DNA from: Squalus acanthias | Lineage: Eukaryota | Length of the DNA: 62,000 nt | NCBI GenBank assembly: GCA_030390025.1 | Contig: CM059432.1 | Span: forward strand, 13,702,001-13,764,000 | Reading direction: 5' to 3' | Shown here: positions 13,500 through 27,162 of the stretch, piece by piece | Numbering within the stretch: position 1 is the first letter of the stretch | How the letters are laid out: every line of letters starts with the position of its first letter | Position numbers and translations under genes: made by a program | The notes under the pieces: generated by a model | Told to the model about the DNA's origin: nothing | The model's database searches: none | What the model saw: only the letters and a program-made list of their open reading frames with translations

Positions 13500-14620
13500 T
13501 CAGAAAAGTAATGCTTTGAAAAAACATGAAAACTGCCCTAAGTAGGGTCCTTGGAAATATCCATCACTGAAACCCATACCATCCAATTAGATTACCTCAG
13601 CAATTTATATAATCCCAGTCAAATAGAAGCTTTCAAGGGCAACATACCAGATTTGCCTATGAACTGAAAGATGGCTTTCTCTGTAAAGAATCCTGTAAGC
13701 TTAATTTATGCTCAGTTTAGGAAGCAGTCTGAGAAGCGATACAAAGGGACAATAATCACTGCCGGTCCCCCAACCAAATCCTACAAATGAAATGAGCTTG
13801 GAGGGGAAATATCCTATAAGAGATGATTGGTTATCTCTTGGCTTTTTTGACATATACTGGCATTGATTAACTGTTGCCAAAACAAAAAGTAGCTCTGGGT
13901 TGGTGTTCATGTCTATCCGTGTGGGTATTCAAGCTAGTACCAGGGCAACTGTCTCCAGTGAAGCAGAAAGCCGTGATAGTGGAAATTAAGCACATCATCT
14001 GGGCTTCGGCTGACATATTGGACGCCTTCCGTTGGCATAGGTATCAGTCCATGCTGGATGAGAGCGCTCCAGAGACTGTATTGTGCCTGGAGCACATCTA
14101 CATTGGTTGCTACTGGTTCCAAGGCCAACTCAAAAACTGAGGCACACCTCAGTAACCAAATGTTGGAGGATGTTGTGTATGCTGTCTTAGTACCTTCTCC
14201 TCCAATACACAGGTTTCCATGGAATGGCACTTAAGTGGTACACAAAGTTCAGCTAAGCATTCCTAGAATATTTGATTTCCCACTGACTTGGGATTGAAGC
14301 AGCTTGTACCAAGTCTTCCATGCACCTAGATTAACTGAATTTGCAGACATTAAAAGGTCAGGATTCCTTTCCAGTAATTTTGTTGAACTCTATGAGAACT
14401 GGAACTGAGTTTTGAACAAACCTGATGAGCTAAAATAGTGATTGAATGAAGGAACCAGGACAAACTTTGTAGGTTCCCAATACCAGAACGATTCTGTGGC
14501 AATGTGAACATATTCTGAAGCTTAATATTGGTTTGAGGCAAGAAACAAAACCTGTATTACCACGTTGCTCCAAAAAAACCAATGGTGCCAATTGGGTAGC
14601 AACCAACTTAAAAAAGATAA
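13500..14620 (-). mobile_element. Second highly decayed DIRS-like remnant
   Basis: Minus-strand peptides ATW..LPQTNIKLQNMFTLP and VFELALEPVATNVDVLQAQYSLWSAL (gag-like); HEHQPRA/LLFVLAT (cf. YQ.RALPFGL), LLPKLSIN and LQFIG (RT-like). By eye only. Confidence 0.3.
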
Positions 14621-16206
14621 AATAAAACTGCAAAGAAAATTACAGAAAATGGTAAAAAACCATGAAGCAACTGCAGAATTAGTGAGAAAACAAATTCAAA
14701 AATCAAAAACACAGAGGAACCATCAAATTTTGTTCCTTTGTACAGCAAAACAGGTCAGCGATCTGTTGTGAGGTGGAGGTTAAAAGAACTTCGATTCCAC
14801 ATCAAAGCTAGGCTGAGATTCAACAGAGTAGAGAGGAGGAGTACCTGACCTGAAATGTGAAAATACGAAAGGACACTGGCCCCAAAAATGATGCCCCCAT
14901 GGGTTATTAGAGAGAATTCCTATTTGTACACGGAAGTTGACTGACTGAGGAAGAATCAATATTAGAATAGATAAAAGGGCAACAGAAAATCTGAACGTAC
15001 ATAATCAGAAAAAGGCATTTTTTCAGTTGTGTAAGACACAGATGAAGTGTTAATAACTAGATAGGAGCCTAGATTTTTTTTCCTTCCAAATACCGCTTGT
15101 TTTTGGTAATAATGGAGTAAACTGGGGTGGCCAGCCTCCTGCCCAAACCCCATTTAAAAAAATAGCCACTGGAGTTTGCCTGAATGCAAATGATGGGGGA
15201 TGGGCTTGGACCAACGTTCCATTTCTGTCAGTCACCGTCTCCGCTTCCCCAGGAATAATGCCTGTATCGAAGAGGTGTTTGAAGTCTTTTGGTGGCAGGA
15301 GCCAGGCTGAAAGGATGACTAAATCCAAGTCCTCCTTCAGTTGTTGATGCTTCTCTCTGCTGTTTCCTATCCCTTTCTGAAGGATTATTCGAAGTAGGCT
15401 TTTGTTTTGCAAGTTTTTCTGTTTTACTGAGTTACTGGCCTGCCCCTTTAAAGCAGTGGCAGCGAGTGAAACTGGATATCCCTCCCACATGGTAGTCATT
15501 CGGTCTTAAGAATCTATAATGTACGAAAACGATACCTTGCATTATGAAAAAAAACTCAAGGAATTATTTTCAAGAGTCCTGCACCAGATGGAATAAACCC
15601 TAGAATCCTCCAGAAAATGTCTACTAGGTAAAACATCGGTTAAGCTCCCGCTACTGAAACTGCTGATTCATTATGAGGTGCGGTTCCACAGCTAACAGCG
15701 GCTCTCTAGGATCTGACAAGTGGCATTCTTCACCTGTGAATTTAGACAACGAGTTTCTGCTGGCAATTCAATCATGACAAACCATAGCAACTGCTGCCTA
15801 AGGAACAATACCCCAGTGAGGGAATCAGCACCTTCAGAAGAGAAGGGAAGAACATTGGAGAGAAATTAAATAAAGCAAACATGGGTGGTTTCTTTTCTAC
15901 ACATGTTCTCAATATTAATGTGCTGTCAAGATTCAGAATGCCGACATTAGATCCGATTTAGCAAGCTTATAATGGAAAATCTCTATGTACTTGCATGCAG
16001 GATCACTTTCAGTTAAACTTCAGTTCAAAAGTATTTGAAGGGTTTTGCATATTTTCCACAGCACTTCACGTTTGCCAATTACAAAAAAGTACGATTAACT
16101 TTGCATTATTATTGGCTATTCTAAACTTTAAAAAAAATCGTAACTGTTTATTATAAATTCTCTCGCTCCTTAGGAGCTCATAAATATTACACAATTATAC
16201 AACTTA

Positions 16207-16428
<222 letters not shown>

Positions 16429-17330
16429 TTATATCTATTTCTAAAGCCTCAGGCACCATTTCCACAGCTCATTTTGCTACAATCATTTATTAATGCACGA
16501 TTTAAAAAAAGCAATAGATGAAAATCACTCATAACAATTCCAAAATCACCTTTCCCGGGAGAAGATGCCTAGTCTACACTCAGCATCTGTCCAGCAGTTC
16601 ACTATGTAGGGAGCGATGGGCATGGGCCCATGTCCCATCATTCCATATTGCAGCATTGCTGAGAGGGGCCCTTGAGGAAGATAAAGTTTGGGATTGTGGC
16701 TCTTGACAAAGCTTTTATGAAAGACACAGTCCTCGCACCATGATCTGAATAGCTAACAGAGCAGACGACAATACAAGTTTGATGGTTTGAGATTTCAAAT
16801 CTTGCCAACTGAAATGTATTTTAAAAAAATAAACAAGTCTCAGTGAACAAATTACTTACAATACAAATTTCAGATTAAGCACACCATTTTATTCAGCACA
16901 ACCTCCTCTGCATCAATGGAAGCAAATTAGAAACAAATTACTTTTTGGATTTTAGAGATGTTTTACAGTCTTGATTTGAGCTGTGGAATCTCCAAGGAGA
17001 CTGAAGAAAATAGTCATATACTATACCATCAACTTACATATAATTAGGTTTACTGGACACTTCCTTAGAAAGGCAATATGTATATTAATTTTGAAACTGT
17101 AATTTCAAAGAATTTAGGTATAATGCAATTCAGAAATGTGCCAATTTTAACTGCCATTTCCAACCTCCAATTCAAATAGTAATAATTATAGCTGAAGTTA
17201 AGCATAAAAATTACTTTAAGCTTTATATTTTAAAAAAAGCTGAATTCTGAAGCATTTCCAAAAATCAACTTTACACAATGACTCTCAAACTTTTAACTAC
17301 ACTACTTAGACAAAATATTTGAAAACATTT

Positions 17331-17450
17331 CATAGAATCATAGAATGGTTACAGCGTGGAAGGCGGCCATTCGGCCCGTCGAGCCCGTGCCGACTCCTTG
17401 CAAGAGCACCTCAGCTAGTCCCACTCACCCGCCCTTTCCCCGTAGCCCTG
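17331..17450 (-). mobile_element. CR1 3'-terminal fragment
   Basis: catagaatcatagaa tail (ttctatga repeat on minus) plus the ggccattcggccc stem-loop. Confidence 0.8.
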
Positions 17451-17659
17451 TTTAGACTGTATGGTTAGCACTAGTTACTGCTATAACAATCTATTATGTC
17501 ACCATCAGGAAACTCTCCTGGATTTTTTCTGTTTAATTTAGCTAAGATTGGTAAAAATGAGAGGACAAGTGCTGCTTCTCCCTTTAAAGTTTGCTCTCTT
17601 GGGTTGGCAGCAGCACGGCAAGCTGTAATTGTCCATAAATGCCCAGTTGAAGTATAACT

Positions 17660-18373
17660 TGTAGGTTTTGGGGTAATAGCAAAAAATGACTGAGTTAGGA
17701 TAACTTGACGTAAGCAAAAAGCATCACTGGTTAACTAGTAGAGAGGGAGTAGGTACCGCGTGCTACAAACATCTCTTTGCAGGGCAGAAAGCCTGAGCTG
17801 AGCAAGATAAGACAGCTGGTGTAGTGATTAACTGTATTCCTGTAGACAACAGACCCTTAGATGAGAGTTGTATCACATGACTTCAGGAATGTACAATTAA
17901 CTGTATCACATGACTTTAGGAGTGTACAAGCTTAAAGTAGTTAGGCGAGGTTACCATGGATACAGAAGTATAGTGGAAGAGTGGCAAATGGAGAAACCTT
18001 GAAGAGAGGAGGCCTATTGTCTGTACTACAGAACCAAACAAAGCCAGTTTTAGCCATTTCTTAAACAAGTAGAACAGTACACGGTGTTGTGGATACCTTG
18101 TAGCCTGTGGCCAAAGTAGGTGCGTTAGAGAAGGCGGTATAAAAAGAAAGTATACTGGTGTAATGTGGTCAGCTGGAACGGAAGAGTTCAAACTCAGGGT
18201 GTCCAAGTTCCACCCAGCAGGCTAGCTGCAAGCAGGTATGCGGACACACATCACTTGCATGTGTACTTGATTGATGTATCAATGTAATATATTTCGTAAG
18301 TAGCAAGATTGCTGAAACTAGCCTCTCGGACCTATTAATTAATGAGGTTAGCTGGAGTGGCTATATTCTTACA
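17660..18373 (+). mobile_element. Solo LTR (714 bp) of an ERV or LTR retrotransposon
   Basis: Begins TGTAGG and ends CTTACA; 5-bp TSD taact at 17655-17659 and 18374-18378; 28-bp direct repeats at 17869-17896 and 17902-17929; TATAAAA at 18138. Confidence 0.8.
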
Positions 18374-18785
18374 TAACTCAGTTTCCATGGCAGAGCTGAT
18401 TCACCTGTCCTCCCAAACCCTTACTAAGTAACAGCAGAGACTGGTGGAACCAGCCATTTGAAGGTGTTCTACAATTTAAAAAAAAAAATTTTTTTTTTTT
18501 TTTTTTTTTGAATTGGGTCAAAAATACCATTAGACCTGCAGATTTGAACCAGAGGAGCTGCTTCTTTGTAGTCCACATAGAACACAATTAAACAGGTCAA
18601 TTCTTTACAGTGCTTTATCTGAGCAGCAAGTGGGACTGACCATAGAATGCTGTCAGACTGAAGCACACGATTGGCTGAGAACTCAAAAGGTAAACTAATG
18701 TCAGAGTAAATATTAACGTGGAATTGGACATATTTTTTCCAGTAAGTTATTGGAGGAAGGGGAAGCGAAGCTTTCACAAAAGTTA

Positions 18786-18995
<210 letters not shown>

Positions 18996-19650
18996 CTATT
19001 CGAAAATATTTTCTTCAAGATCTTGAACAACATTTTTGTGAGCTTTTAAATGGAGACTGCATGTACACATTTTCAAATGATTACAGCCTAAGCAAGTACC
19101 AAAAATTCCTCCCTTGTCCAGCGTGATGACAATATCACTGCGAACACTACTTGAGAGTTTGCCTTGGAGAACCTGGCATCATTTTGGAGGAACTAAATTC
19201 TGTCCCATCCACACTGATGTAAAATATCAAAGATATCGTTCTTTTTATTTGTTAAAGGATAAAGTTCTGAAAACTTCAAGCTAGTAAATTGAAGGGACTA
19301 AAAACAAGCTTGTGCAGTATTTTTCTTCAGCTCAGAGCTCTTTCTCCCCCTCCACCCAAGGTCAAATTACATTGTTTAAAAACATGTGTGCTCCTGTGAA
19401 GTCCATTTATAGATCCTTGCAGATCAGCATTTCAGAAACTAAAATTTCCAGTCACGTGATTCTGTTAAGTGGAATGTCCACAACTGGCCAACTATCAAAA
19501 TTAGGTCATGTGACTCAAAACCAAGATAAAAGGGACTTTCCTTTCTGTATTAATAACATTTGTATAGCTGAACTAGAAAATGAGTTCTGCTTTATATTTA
19601 GAAGGTCTAAAAAGTGTGATACCATGCAACATTTGTGCCATATTGGGAAA

Positions 19651-21580
19651 CATAGAAACATAGAAGTTAGGAGCAGGAGTAGGCCATTCGGTCCCTCGAG
19701 CCTGCTCCGCCATTTAATGAGATCATGGCTGATCATCCAAATTCAGTACCCTGTCCCTGCTTTCTCCCCATATCCCTTTAGCCTCAAGAAATATATCTAA
19801 CTCCTTCTTGAATATATTTAATGAATTGGCCTCAACTGCCTTCTGTGATAGAGAATTCCACAGGTTCACCACTCTCTGGGTGAAGAAATTCCTCCTCATC
19901 TCAGTCCTAAATGGCTTAGCCCTTATCCTTAGACTGTGACCCCTGGTTCTGGACTCCCCCGCCATCGGGAACATCCTTCCTGCATCTAGTCTGTCTAGTC
20001 CTGTTAGAATTTTATAAGTTTCAATGAGATCCCCTCTCATTCTTCTAAACTCTAGCGAATACAAGCCCAATCGTCCCAATCTCTCTTCATACGTCATTCC
20101 TGCCATCCCAGGTATCAGTCTGGTGAATCTTCGCTGCACTCCCTCCATGGCAAGAACATCCTTCCTCAGATAAGGCGACCAAAACTACACACAATACTCA
20201 AGGTGTGGTCTCACCAAGGCCCTGTACAACTGCAGCAAGACATCCTTGCTCCTGTACTCGAATCCTTTCGCTATGAAGGCCAACATACCATTTGTCTTCT
20301 TAACCGCCTGCTGCACCTGCATGCTTACCTTCAACGACTGGTGCACAAGGACTCCCAGGTCTCGTTGCACTTCCCCTTTTCCCAATCTATTGCCGTTCAG
20401 ATAATAATCTGCCTTCCTGTTTTTGACACCAAAGTGGATAACCTCGCATTTATCCACATTATACTGCATCCTGTTTTTGACACCAAAGTGGATAACCTCG
20501 CATTTATCCACATTATACTGCATCTGCCCAATCACCCAACTTGTCCAAATCATACTGGAGTTTCTCTGCATCCTCCTCACAGCACACACACACACCCAGC
20601 TTTGTGTCATCTGCAAACTTGGAGATATTACATCTAGTTCCCTCGTCTAGATCATTAATATATATTGTGAATAACTGAGGTCCTATCACCGATCCCTCGG
20701 TACCCCACTAGTCACTGCCTGCCACTCGGAAAAAGACCCATTTATTCCAACTCTGCTTCCTGTCTGCCAACCAGTTCTCTATCCAAGTCAGTACCTTACC
20801 CCCAATCCCATGTGCTTTAACTTTGCACGCCAATCTCTTATGCGGGACCTTATCGAAAGCCTTCTGAAAGTCTAAATACACCACATCCACTGGTTCTCCC
20901 TTATCTATTTTACCAGTTACATCCTCAAAAAATTCCAGTAGATTAGTCAAGCATGATTTACCTTTTGTAAATCCATGCTGACTTTGTCCGATCCTGTCAC
21001 TGTTTTCCAAGTGCTCTGCTATTACATCCTTTATAATGGACTCTAGCATTTTCCCCACGACCGATGTCAGGCTTACCGGTCTATAATTCCCCGTTTTCTC
21101 TCTCCCACCTTTTTTAAATAGTGGGGTTACATTAGCTACCCTCCAATCCATGGGAACTGTTCCAGAGTCTATAGAATTTTGGAAGATGACCAGCAATGCA
21201 TCTACTATTTCTAGGGCCACTTCCTTAAGTACCCTAGGATGTAGATTATCAGGCCCTGGGGATTTATCGGCCTTCAATCCCGTCAATTTCCCTAACACCA
21301 TTTCCCTACAAATACTGATTTAATTCAGTTCTTCACTCTCATTAGACCCTATGTTCCCCGACATCTCTGGGAGGTTATTTGTGTCCTCCTTTGTGAAGAC
21401 AGAACCAAAGTATGTATTTAATTGGTCTGCCATTTCTTTGTTCCCCATTATAAATTCCCCTGATTCTGACTGCAAGGGACCTACGCTTGACTTCACCAAT
21501 CTTTTTCTCTTCACATATCTATAGAAGCTTTTACAGTCAGTTTTTATGTTCCCTGAAAGCTTACTCTCATACTCTATTTT
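19651..21580 (-). mobile_element. CR1 LINE, 5'-truncated ORF2 with frameshifts
   Basis: ORFs 21301-20708 (KSPGPD...YRPVSLTS...LDFQKAFDKVPH), 20616-20185 and 20148-19723; catagaaa tail repeats; internal 54-bp tandem duplication at 20416-20523. Confidence 0.95.
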
Positions 21581-21611
21581 AACAGATGTTGATATAAATT
21601 ATTTAGAACTA

Positions 21612-21964
21612 CAGGAAACTCTTTATTAACCGGCACCCAAATATCCGGAAATCTCTCTTAACCGGCAAAATTCTTGAGTAGGTAACCGGGGTTTTCCTTC
21701 ATCTCTCGTTTAAAATTAACTTTAAAAAAAACCGAGGCGTTTGCCTTGTATCGGAGCGTGTAGATTGGGAGGGGAATGTGCAGCCCGGGTAGGCAGCGGA
21801 CACGACAGATGGTCAGCTGGCGGTCCCCGGGGAGACGGAGCTCCGAATGCAGGCGCATGTCAATGTGTACGGGGCTCTCGTACGTTGGGAGATATAACTC
21901 TCCGTTATCCGGACTTTTTGATTAACCGGCACCACGCCGGTCCCGGTTAATAAAGAGTTTCCTG
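21612..21964. mobile_element. Tc1/mariner (pogo/Tigger-like) MITE, 353 bp
   Basis: Perfect 22-bp TIRs caggaaactctttattaaccgg / ccggttaataaagagtttcctg with TA on both sides; repeated subterminal TWAWCCGG-type motifs. Confidence 0.9.
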
Positions 21965-22129
21965 TATTTTCTCTACTGGATACTATACTATACTATGAAA
22001 ATGAACTCACAACCCTGGTAGCACCTGACAAACTACCAAGTTTTCTTGAAGTAGCTCTGGAAAATTTTTTCAGTCTCTGACTAGCTCAGCCATTCTTATA
22101 GGGGAAGGGAAAACAGGGATTGAGTACTT

Positions 22130-22450
22130 GTGTTCATACATTACAACAGTAATTACACTTCATTACACAAAAAGTACTTCATTGGCTTTAAAGCGCTTTG
22201 GGGGCATCCGGTGGTCGTGAAAGATGCTATATAAATGCAAGTCTGTCTTTCTTTTGTGCAAAGGCCCATGTGTACCACATGCCAACCATGAGCAGAAGCA
22301 TTGTAGCTGCATGTCAGTTTGGCTCAGAAGATTGTGGGTTTGAGCTCCTAACGAAAGCTGACACCCTCGTGTAGTACTGAGGGAGTGTTGCTTTGCCGGA
22401 AGTGCAGTCTTTCAGAGAAGACATTAAACAGAATTTCATTTGTCCCTCCA
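22130..22450 (+). mobile_element. Two Deu-type SINE fragments (3' tail about 22130-22252; 5' head about 22312-22450)
   Basis: Reverse-complement match to the full SINE at 43165-43628 (gtgaaagatgctatataaatgcaagt tail; tgtcag..tggctcag..gtactgagggagtg head). Confidence 0.7.
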
Positions 22451-22656
22451 TTCCCTCCTGTGACAGTGTGTCAAGAGTAGTCACAGCAAGGACATAAGAC
22501 AATCAACATGAAAAGGCAATTCAATCCACGGAGCCTGCTCTTTCCCACAGAGCACAGTTTGGTCTAACAGGGGCTCTCCCAGACAATCTACCCAAGAAGA
22601 TAAACCTCTTAAAATTTATCCCAAACACTTCCCCTTCATGCTGTCCAAATGTCCCA

Positions 22657-23333
22657 CTGTCTGAGGCTGAACCAGACTGTTCGCAACGGTTCTATTTGAC
22701 TACGAGCTTCCAACCCTGTATCTAATATCACCCGTTTCCGCCCCTGCCTCAGCCCATCTGCTGCCGAAACCCATATCCATGTTTTTATTACCTCGACTCG
22801 ACTATTCCAATACACTCCTGGCCAGCCTCCCATTTTCCACCTTCTGTAAACTTGTTAATCCAAAACTCTGCTGTCCTAACTCGTACCAAGTCCCATTCAC
22901 CTAATTCCCCGGTACTTACCTACCTACACTGGCCCCCGGTCCAGCAACACCTTGAATTCAAAGTCCTCATCCTTGTGTTCAAATCCCTCCATGGCTTCGT
23001 CCCTCCTCATCTCTGCAACCTCTTCCAGCCCTACAAGCATCCGACAACTTTGCGCTCCTCCAATTCTGGCCTCTTGCGCATCCCCGATTTCCTTTGCTGA
23101 ACCATTGGCCGCCGTGCCATCAGCTGTCTAGGCCCCAAGCTCTGAAATTCCCTCCCTAAACCTCCCCGCCTCTCTTTCCTCCTTTAAGACGCTCCTTAAA
23201 ACCTACCTCTTTCCTGTCCTTATAGCTCGTTATGTGGCTCGGTGTCAAATTTTGTTTCATAACGCTCCTGTGAAGCGCCTTGAGCCGTTTTACTATGTTA
23301 AAGGCACTATATAAATACAAGTTGTTGTTGTTG
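22657..23333 (+). mobile_element. L2 LINE 3' portion
   Basis: IQNSAVLTRTK...LHWPPVQQHLEFKVLILVFKSLHG (L2 ORF2 C-terminus); tail aaaggcactatataaatacaag(ttg)n. Confidence 0.85.
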
Positions 23334-23482
23334 CTCCAAGGTAATAGCCAACGTTATATTTTATTTTCAAATAATGTTATGAAGGAACACAGTTTTGGTT
23401 CAATGTATCATTTATGCCAAATGCCAAAATTACAATGTATTTTTCCTTCCCTATTTTCTCATCCCTCCCACGCAAACCTATA

Positions 23483-24159
23483 GGGCCGGAATTTGCGGTC
23501 GGAGGCTTACCTCCAGAGCACACCTCCAACCCCCAAAAAATACAAACCTACCTGCTGGCTCCCAGGCTTCGGAGAATTCGGGACCTGGGCCTGCAGGCGG
23601 TTCGGAAGCGTCCCTGGGATCACGTGGGCCAGGTTCTCCCATCAGAAAGGAGGATTCCATTGCTGTCATTCCCGAATGGTATCCCCTCATGACAAGCAAT
23701 GGAATCCCCAAATAATTAAAGAATTTACACAATTCGATAAAAATAAACGTTTCCATTTTCAAATTTAATTAAAGGTCCCTTTAAATGAAGCATTTACAAT
23801 AAAAAATTTATTTTTTCAAAAATAATTTTAAATATTTTAATCCGGGCCAAATTTACAAACTAATTTTAAATGTTTGTGGTTGTTTTTTATTTTTAAATTT
23901 AACATTTATATTAACCCATACGCTGGTGGAAGCAGGCCCTACGTCTGCTTTTACCAGGCGTAAGGGCTTTGTGGGCATTTGCTGTGCCAGTGAAAGTGAT
24001 TTTACTTTCGGTTCGGAGGATCGGTCAAAGCGAACCTTGACCGATCGCAAGTTCCAGGTTTTCGCGCATGCGGAAACCCAGAGCTTGCGGGGCCTTTTAC
24101 AAGGCTTACGACGGCATATGCTGTGCGAACACAGTAATCAGCCCCATAAAATCCGGGCC
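23483..24159. mobile_element. PIF/Harbinger-like MITE related to 9449-10215, opposite orientation
   Basis: TIRs gggccggaattt / aaaatccgggcc; shares gggatcacgtgggcc, a ctgggcc segment and gcgcatgcg with the reverse complement of 9449-10215; AT-rich core. Confidence 0.65.
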
Positions 24160-24385
24160 ATTAACTCTCCACATTCATACTACTCTCAGGTCAGGATAGG
24201 TGATGGTTCAGCCCACAGATTTGGTCAATGCTACTTTGTGGATTACTCGAGATCTGTGTACAGCTCCCCTCACCTACACAAAAGCTACACTACTTGCTCA
24301 AGACAGGAAAACCTAATTTTCCTGCAATGCCTATGTCTTAGGCAATGGTGGCAGAAATTGGCTAGGCTTCCTGCTCCTCTTGTTA

Positions 24386-25183
24386 TAAGAACATAAGAAA
24401 TAGGAGTAGGCCATTTGGCCCTTCGAGCCTGCTCCGCCATTCACTAAGATCATGGCTGATCTTCTACCTCATCCCCACTTTCCTGTACTATCCCCATATC
24501 CCTTGATTCCTTTAATATTCAAAAAAATCTATCGATCTCTGTCTTGAATATACTCAACGACTGAGCCTCCACAGTTCTCTGGGGTAGAAAATTCCAAAGA
24601 TTCACCACCCTCTGAGTGAAGAAATTTCTCATCTCAGTCCTAAATGGCCGACCCCTTATTCTGAGACTGTGACCCCTGGTTCTAGACTCCCCAGCCAGGG
24701 GAAACATCCTCCCTGCATCTACCCTGTCAAGCCCTGTAAGAATTTTGTATGTTTCAATGAGATCACCTCTCATTCTTCTAAACTCGAGAGAATATAGGCC
24801 TAGTCTAATCAATCTCTCCTCATGGGACAATCCCCTCATCCCAGGAACCAGTCTGGTGAACCTTCGTTGCACTCCCTCTATGGCAAGTATATCCTTCCTT
24901 AGGTAAGGAGACCAAAACTGTACACAATACTCCAGGTGTGGTCTCACCAGGGTCCTATATAATTGCAGTAAGACGTTTTTACTCTTATACTCAAATCCTC
25001 TTGTAATAAAGGCCAACATACCATTTGCTTTCCTAATTGCTTGCTGTACCTGCATGTTAACTTTCAGTGATTCGTGTACAAGGACACTCAGGTCCCTCTG
25101 AACAACGTTTCCCAATCTCTCACCATTTATAAAATACCCTGCTTTTCTATTTTTCCTACCAAAGTGGATAACTTCACATTTAT
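24386..25183 (-). mobile_element. CR1 LINE 3' fragment
   Basis: ORF 25115-24519 QRDL..LV...LVRPHLEYCVQFWSPYLRKD...FFTQRVVNLWN; taagaaca tail. Confidence 0.95.
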
Positions 25184-25529
25184 TCGGTGACCCCTGTTGG
25201 ATTCCAGGTCAGGACAGGACACACTAACTGTGATTCCCTGCCAAGAAAGAACCTCCCAAAGGTCCTTGAATGGAGCATTCCCTCTCAGCTCTGTGACCAT
25301 CTCTCCGAAAACTCCCTGTTCGAATAACTCCAGTCGAGCAACAGTTCTCACAGCACTGAAACAGGCCCAAAATCACGAGTGATACCCTCTGTGATTGTAC
25401 TGTGGTGCATTTTGTCCCCTCTTCTCTTTGACCTTACACTAGTGTTCAATATGGATGCCTCATGTCATCCGTCTCCAATGACTCTCCTCTTTCTACTAGC
25501 TCCATGGGAGTGCTCATGCACAGTTCCAG

Positions 25530-26880
25530 TCCTACCTATCCAAACACAACCAGCGCAGCTCCCGAAATGGCTTCTCTTCCCATCCCAACACTGCCACTTG
25601 TCCCTCAAGAACCTATCCATGGCCCCCTCCTACTTCTTAGCTACATGCTGCCCTTTGACATCATCCTCCACAGGCATGGGGTCAGCTTTCACATGTACAC
25701 AGATGACACAGCTCTACACAGAGTCATAACAGCACAGGAGGCTGCCATTCGGCCCATCGAGTCCGTGCCAGCTCTCTGTAGAGCAATCCAGTCAGTCCCA
25801 TTGCCCCGCTCTATTCCCGTAGCCCTGCAAGTTTATTTCCCTCAAGTGCCTATCCAATCTCCCCTTGAAAACACTGAGTGTCTCCGCTTCCACCACTTCC
25901 GTCGGCAGCGAGTTCCAGGTCCTCACCACTCACTGCGTAAAAAGGTTTTTCCTCACATCCCCCTGTATCTCTTGCCCAAAACCTTAAATCTGTGTCCCCT
26001 AGTCCTTGTACCATCAACTAGTGGGAACAGCCTTTCCCCGTCTAGCCTATCCAAACCCGCCATAATCTTGTACACCTCTATCAAATCGCCCCGCAACCTC
26101 CTTTGCTCTAATGAAAACAAATCCAGCTTCTCCAACCTGTCCTTGTAGTTAAGATCCCCCATCCCCAGAACCATTCTGGTAAATCTCCTCTGCACCCTCT
26201 CAAGTGCCTTCACATCCTTCCTAAAGTGCGGTGACCAGAACTGGACGCAATACTCCAGTTGTGGCCTAACCAGTGCTTGAAAAAAGGTTCAGCACAGCTT
26301 CTCTACTTTTGTATTCAATACCTCTATTTATGAAGCCCAAGATCCCATATGCTTTGCTAACCACTCTCTCACTATGTCCCGCCACCTTCAGGGACCGATG
26401 CACATTAACTCCCAGGTCCCTCTGTCCCTGCACACTCTTTAAACTGTGCCATTAAGTGTATATTGCCTCTCCCTGTTCCTTCTGCCAAAATGCATCACCT
26501 CACACTTCCCTGTATTAAATTGCATCTGCCACTTGTCTGCCCATCTGCTAGCCTTTCTATGTCCTGTTGCAGTCGATTGGTATCATCTCCACCACTTTTC
26601 TCGACCACTTGATTGCCTCAGTTTTATCAGACTGCTTGTCCTACATAAAGTCCTAGATTAGTCACAACTCTTTCCTGCTCATCAGTAAGAACAAGGACAG
26701 CTTCTTTGACTCCTGCTACAGACTCCATCCCCCTCCCCGCCTACACTCTTAGGCTTAACCAGACTATTCACAATCTTTGTGTCCTATTCAACTCTGAATG
26801 TTAAAACCAAGCTGAATTTTAAACCCCACATCCTAACCATTACCTAGATAGTGATGATAGTTTCACCTCACAACATTGCC
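25530..26880 (+). mobile_element. L2 LINE fragment split by a CR1 insertion
   Basis: VPQ..I.GPLL...YMLP..I...HGVSFHMYTDDT (RT YADD region) ends at gctctac near 25717 and resumes atctccaccac at about 26585. Confidence 0.7.
25718..26584 (-). mobile_element. CR1 LINE 3' fragment nested in L2
   Basis: ORF 26213-25953 ALERVQRRFTRM...LFSLEQRRLRGDLIEVYKI; CR1 3' UTR at 25718-25830. Confidence 0.9.
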
Positions 26881-27162
26881 CCCACCCCATCATTGTCATT
26901 TAACTATAGTACCCTATCAGGACTCTTGTAGCATCCTCTAGTAGTATACAGTCTCATAAGCAGGTTTCAGTTGAGCAGTTTATAGCTTCCTAATTAAGCC
27001 AGGAAGGCAGCTACATTGCTGCAATTTGGTTATTTTTATTTTTGCTGAACAATAGAATACTATAAATCTGCATATAATCAGATACTATACAAAAGCTGTT
27101 TGCTTGGATTGGTTTGCCTCTGAATCAGTCCCGACTTGAAGCCAGGATCAAGTTGGAGTCAA

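Noticed and set aside
18478..18509. A11-T21 homopolymer junction
   Set aside because: Simple low-complexity run with no associated retrocopy or TSD.
25462..26148. 228-aa plus-strand ORF
   Set aside because: Chance read-through from an L2 fragment into the antisense strand of a CR1; similar antisense CR1 ORFs occur throughout the track.
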